A program made the position numbers and the translations under genes. A stretch of DNA of 44,183 bases from Candidatus Dojkabacteria bacterium (GTDB lineage Bacteria; Patescibacteriota; Dojkabacteria; GCA-002793355): NCBI GenBank assembly GCA_030583825.1, contig CP129477.1, positions 576,308-620,490 on the forward strand, written 5' to 3'. Below the pieces are notes generated by a model. That model worked only from the letters and a program-made list of their open reading frames with translations. It was not told the DNA's origin and did no database searches. Positions 41,224 to 44,183 of the stretch are shown here, in pieces. Positions within the stretch are counted from its first letter, which is position 1. Every line of letters begins with the position of its first letter.

Positions 41224-43200
41224 TTACAAATCTTCACCGCCCATTCTCCAAAATGCGAGGCCTTTGATTTTGTATTTCTTGGCAAGTTTTTCGCGCTCTT
41301 GAACAGCACGTTTATCGAGATGAAACATTACTCGATTAATAGAGCCGTCTCGAAACGTGGAACGAACTTCGCTATTCCAAGTATCAAAGTTTTCGTTATA
41401 TCCGCGTATTGTTCTTTTTATCTCGGCAATATCATCGTGTTGCAGTGAGATTGTGTTTTTCTGTGCAACTGAAATCTCTTGGTCATTATTTGGCCCAGCT
41501 GGATCGCTTGATGAAGGCTCTGGCCATCCGTGAGAATAAATTGGCAATGCGAGAACTAACTTTTCTGCAGGAACTTTTTGCAGCGCATAGTCTAAGATCG
41601 CTTCGTTCCAAATAATCGGCGATAACGGGCCAGGAATAATACTGCCTTGGCTTGTAAAATCGTATCCCATGATTCGGATTTCATCCACATGTTTTGCAAG
41701 AAATGCCCAATCCTGAACTTGCCTCGTTTGTGGAAGGAATGTGTATATCTTTTCATCACTCCATTTAGGGAGCACTGTAAATACGAGAGTTTTGTTGGTT
41801 TTCTTTAGTTCAACACTGAGTGTCTCAATAAATTTCTCGAATAATTCTTTGTCTGCGAGATAGGTACTTTCATAGTCTAAATCAATACCAACATAGTTAT
41901 TTTTGTTCACCAAGTCCACAATATTCTTAATATGCTCGTCAAAATGATTATTCAAGGCCTCGCTTAAAATATCCGGGTCAAATTGTGTAATTGTAGGAAT
42001 GACGGTAATATTGTTATTTCTCGCAATTGAAAGTAATTCTGGATGATTTACGTTTCGTTCAACCGTAAATGTTCCATCTTTATTTAAAAAGTACCAAACC
42101 GGTGAAATCGTATTCCATCGTTTTGGATTTGCTCTGAGCGAAGTAAGTGCTCTCGCCATTCCCCAGTCAGGAATCCACGCAATGTATTGAGTATTTCCTG
42201 AAATATCTCCAGAAAGATCAGGAAGGGCAAACTGGTGGCTAAATTGCTTTGTTACAGTCAGAGTTGACGAAATTGAGGGACTTTCCAAATCTAATCCATA
42301 CCACACATTCAATTTATACAAAAAGTTATTTTCTTTTGGCTCTGAGGTTGGTACAAAATATCCTCCGGTTACCTGTGTCCAGACTTTTCCAGACTTAACA
42401 ACAGATTCCTGTGTTGATGCATAGAGAACTTCTGAGCTATATGCCTGCTGAATAAACATCCCTGATGGATCATTTATTTTCCATAAAATTGCTGGAACCT
42501 TTTCTGCTTTGATGTCAATTTCTAGCTGTGGCAAACGAGTTACAAATGGCGTTAGTTGCTGTTTGTCATTTCGCAACAGTATAAAAGACGTCTTTCCCGT
42601 CGTATTTTGCGCAACAGATGGCGGAGTAGCAAGAAAACTTTCTAAACAGGCTTCGTCTTGAACACAGGCAAACATGTGCAACGTGTGGCGAGAAGCTTCA
42701 TCAAAGAACTGTACGCTTTTTTCGTAAGTTACTGGCGAAGATGGTAAGAGCTCCATTGATTCAGTATTCGTAGAATATACAAAACATGTATATTTTAGAG
42801 TTTTGCATGTTTCGGCTAATGCCTCTGGAACAAAGAAATGTGCGACGGTTGGCGCAATTTCAGATTGTAATTCTTCTACAGAAGCAACAAGCAAATATAC
42901 CGGAGTTCGCTGCTTGAGCGTGGTAATAACTTCGCTTGAAAGCATTGTGCTATATTCAAAAACATAGCTGGAATATGCTGTTTTATCTGAAAGTAAGCGT
43001 GTTTGTTCTGCTTCTGTGAGCTGGTTTCCTGCCGTAAGGTAGAAAACCGAACTAAGATCCGGCTTTTGAGGCTCTTGTGCCTGTTGCTGAGAAAAGGAAG
43101 GTAATTTGCCCAAATATGCGAGAGTTGCAATGATCACTAAAACAATAATAGTAATTATTGCAATTCCAATAATAATGAGTTTTTTACGGGAGAGAGGCAT
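41224..43200 (-). CDS. Membrane-anchored protein with C-terminal GH18 (chitinase/SleL-like) domain
   Basis: N-terminal TM; ISPVWY, GIDLDYE (DxDxE), IRIMGYD, KLVLALPIYS and GLAFWRMGGED. Confidence 0.88.
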   Translation of the reverse strand: MPLSRKKLIIIGIAIITIIVLVIIATLAYLGKLPSFSQQQAQEPQKPDLSSVFYLTAGNQLTEAEQTRLLSDKTAYSSYVFEYSTMLSSEVITTLKQRTPVYLLVASVEELQSEIAPTVAHFFVPEALAETCKTLKYTCFVYSTNTESMELLPSSPVTYEKSVQFFDEASRHTLHMFACVQDEACLESFLATPPSVAQNTTGKTSFILLRNDKQQLTPFVTRLPQLEIDIKAEKVPAILWKINDPSGMFIQQAYSSEVLYASTQESVVKSGKVWTQVTGGYFVPTSEPKENNFLYKLNVWYGLDLESPSISSTLTVTKQFSHQFALPDLSGDISGNTQYIAWIPDWGMARALTSLRANPKRWNTISPVWYFLNKDGTFTVERNVNHPELLSIARNNNITVIPTITQFDPDILSEALNNHFDEHIKNIVDLVNKNNYVGIDLDYESTYLADKELFEKFIETLSVELKKTNKTLVFTVLPKWSDEKIYTFLPQTRQVQDWAFLAKHVDEIRIMGYDFTSQGSIIPGPLSPIIWNEAILDYALQKVPAEKLVLALPIYSHGWPEPSSSDPAGPNNDQEISVAQKNTISLQHDDIAEIKRTIRGYNENFDTWNSEVRSTFRDGSINRVMFHLDKRAVQEREKLAKKYKIKGLAFWRMGGEDL

Positions 43201-43204
43201 AGTA

Positions 43205-43233
43205 TTGCATTCATAAATTTATCCTGTTATAAT
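43205..43233 (+). promoter_or_regulatory. 5S rRNA promoter (putative)
   Basis: TTGCAT-N17-TATAAT with extended TG, ending 4-6 nt before the 5S 5' end. Confidence 0.75.
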
Positions 43234-43237
43234 ACAT

Positions 43238-43354
43238 TGCTTGGTGATTAGAGCGGGGTAGACCCACCTGATTCCATTTCGAACTCAGAAGTGAAATATC
43301 CCAGCGTCGAAGATACTTAGATTTTCTCTGGGGAAAATAGATCATCGCCAAGCA
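43238..43354 (+). rRNA. rrf: 5S rRNA
   Basis: Helix I TGCTTGGTGAT/ATCGCCAAGCA, CACCTGATTCCATTTCGAACTCAGAAGTGAA, about 117 nt, followed by a T-tract. Confidence 0.95.
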
Positions 43355-43456
43355 TTTTCTTTTTTTAATATTCTAAAAGAACTCTCACATTCAAGTTTTT
43401 CACTTTCTTGTGTTACTTATTATCTGAAACTGTACACGTAATTCGAGAGTACCTAC

Positions 43457-44182
43457 TTACTTTGATTTCGGCTGAGCTTTTTGATCAATACTCGACCCAT
43501 TCAGCCTCTCATGAAATAGTTTTACCCCAAGCTGCTGAATAAGTCCAACAAAGTTTTGAATAATCAAATAGACTGAGATAATAGAAGGAAATGACAACAT
43601 GCTGAAAGTTACCATAATTGGCATAATATACAGTGTGGATGTGCTCATAGACTGAGCAAATGTTTCTTCAAAGCTAGGCTCTGCATTTGGATCGGCAGGC
43701 TTCTTTGGAACCATCGCGTTAGGATTCATTATTTTCATGTTAATATACGTCGGCAGGAAGTTGGAAAGTCCAACAAGCGCGATAAGAATAATGTATGGTA
43801 ATGAGCCTACAATGTTCTCAAGAGAAAGATGTGCCACGGGATTGTCCATAATTGCAATACCTAGCAGGTTTGTATTAAAAGTTGCCTGACCAAGATTGTT
43901 TAATGCATTTTGAACAAAAGAATATAGTCCCGGCATTGTTTCTGGAGTATATTTTGTGAAGGTTAAGACTGATTGATACAGTGCAATAATAATTGGCAAC
44001 TGAATAACAAAGTTTACAAAACATCCCAATGGATTGTATCCGGCATCTTTGTAAAGTTTTTGCTGTGCTGTCGCAAGTTTCTGCGGTTCCTTTTTAAACT
44101 TTTCCTGAAGTTCCTGAAGTTTTGGCCTTAGAGAGTTGAGTTTTCGTGTATCACTAAACTGCTTATATACAAGTGGAGTCAT
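43457..44182 (-). CDS. yidC: YidC/Oxa1 membrane protein insertase (5' end outside the window)
   Basis: LRPKLQELQEKFK, KLYKDAGYNPLGC...IQLPIIIALY, YIMPIM and VYLIIQN...QQ. Confidence 0.93.
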   Translation of the reverse strand: MTPLVYKQFSDTRKLNSLRPKLQELQEKFKKEPQKLATAQQKLYKDAGYNPLGCFVNFVIQLPIIIALYQSVLTFTKYTPETMPGLYSFVQNALNNLGQATFNTNLLGIAIMDNPVAHLSLENIVGSLPYIILIALVGLSNFLPTYINMKIMNPNAMVPKKPADPNAEPSFEETFAQSMSTSTLYIMPIMVTFSMLSFPSIISVYLIIQNFVGLIQQLGVKLFHERLNGSSIDQKAQPKSK

Positions 44183-44183
44183 C

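Overview
About 44 kb of bacterial chromosome, probably Patescibacteria/CPR (inferred from the divergent 16S 530 loop and the gene types), read in genetic code 11. All parts of an rRNA operon lie on the + strand in canonical order (16S, tRNA-Ile, tRNA-Ala, 23S, 5S). They are spread over 43 kb by inserts of about 1.1 kb (FkbM methyltransferase), 34.8 kb (cell-surface island) and 2.9 kb (Phd/PIN toxin-antitoxin pair plus GH18 hydrolase), and the tRNA pair, 23S and 5S each have their own sigma70-type promoter. The island holds a CHASE membrane protein, a beta-helix surface protein, a GT2, a 1700-aa fibre-like protein, four tandem 1650-2200-aa DUF2341/LamG paralogues and a LytR_C protein. The four paralogues share a signal peptide, a fixed scaffold, one variable domain slot and the C-terminus DYN(L/M)GAALRFE, and they are mosaics of each other. 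They are separated by 62-bp hairpin elements that begin at the TAA stop and show compensatory base changes. This is the best candidate for an undescribed system: a modular, recombination-diversified adhesin array. The 23S also differs at normally near-invariant sites (sarcin-ricin loop, A-loop, H69). The window ends in a partial yidC. All domain calls come from motif recognition by eye; no searches or folding programs were run.
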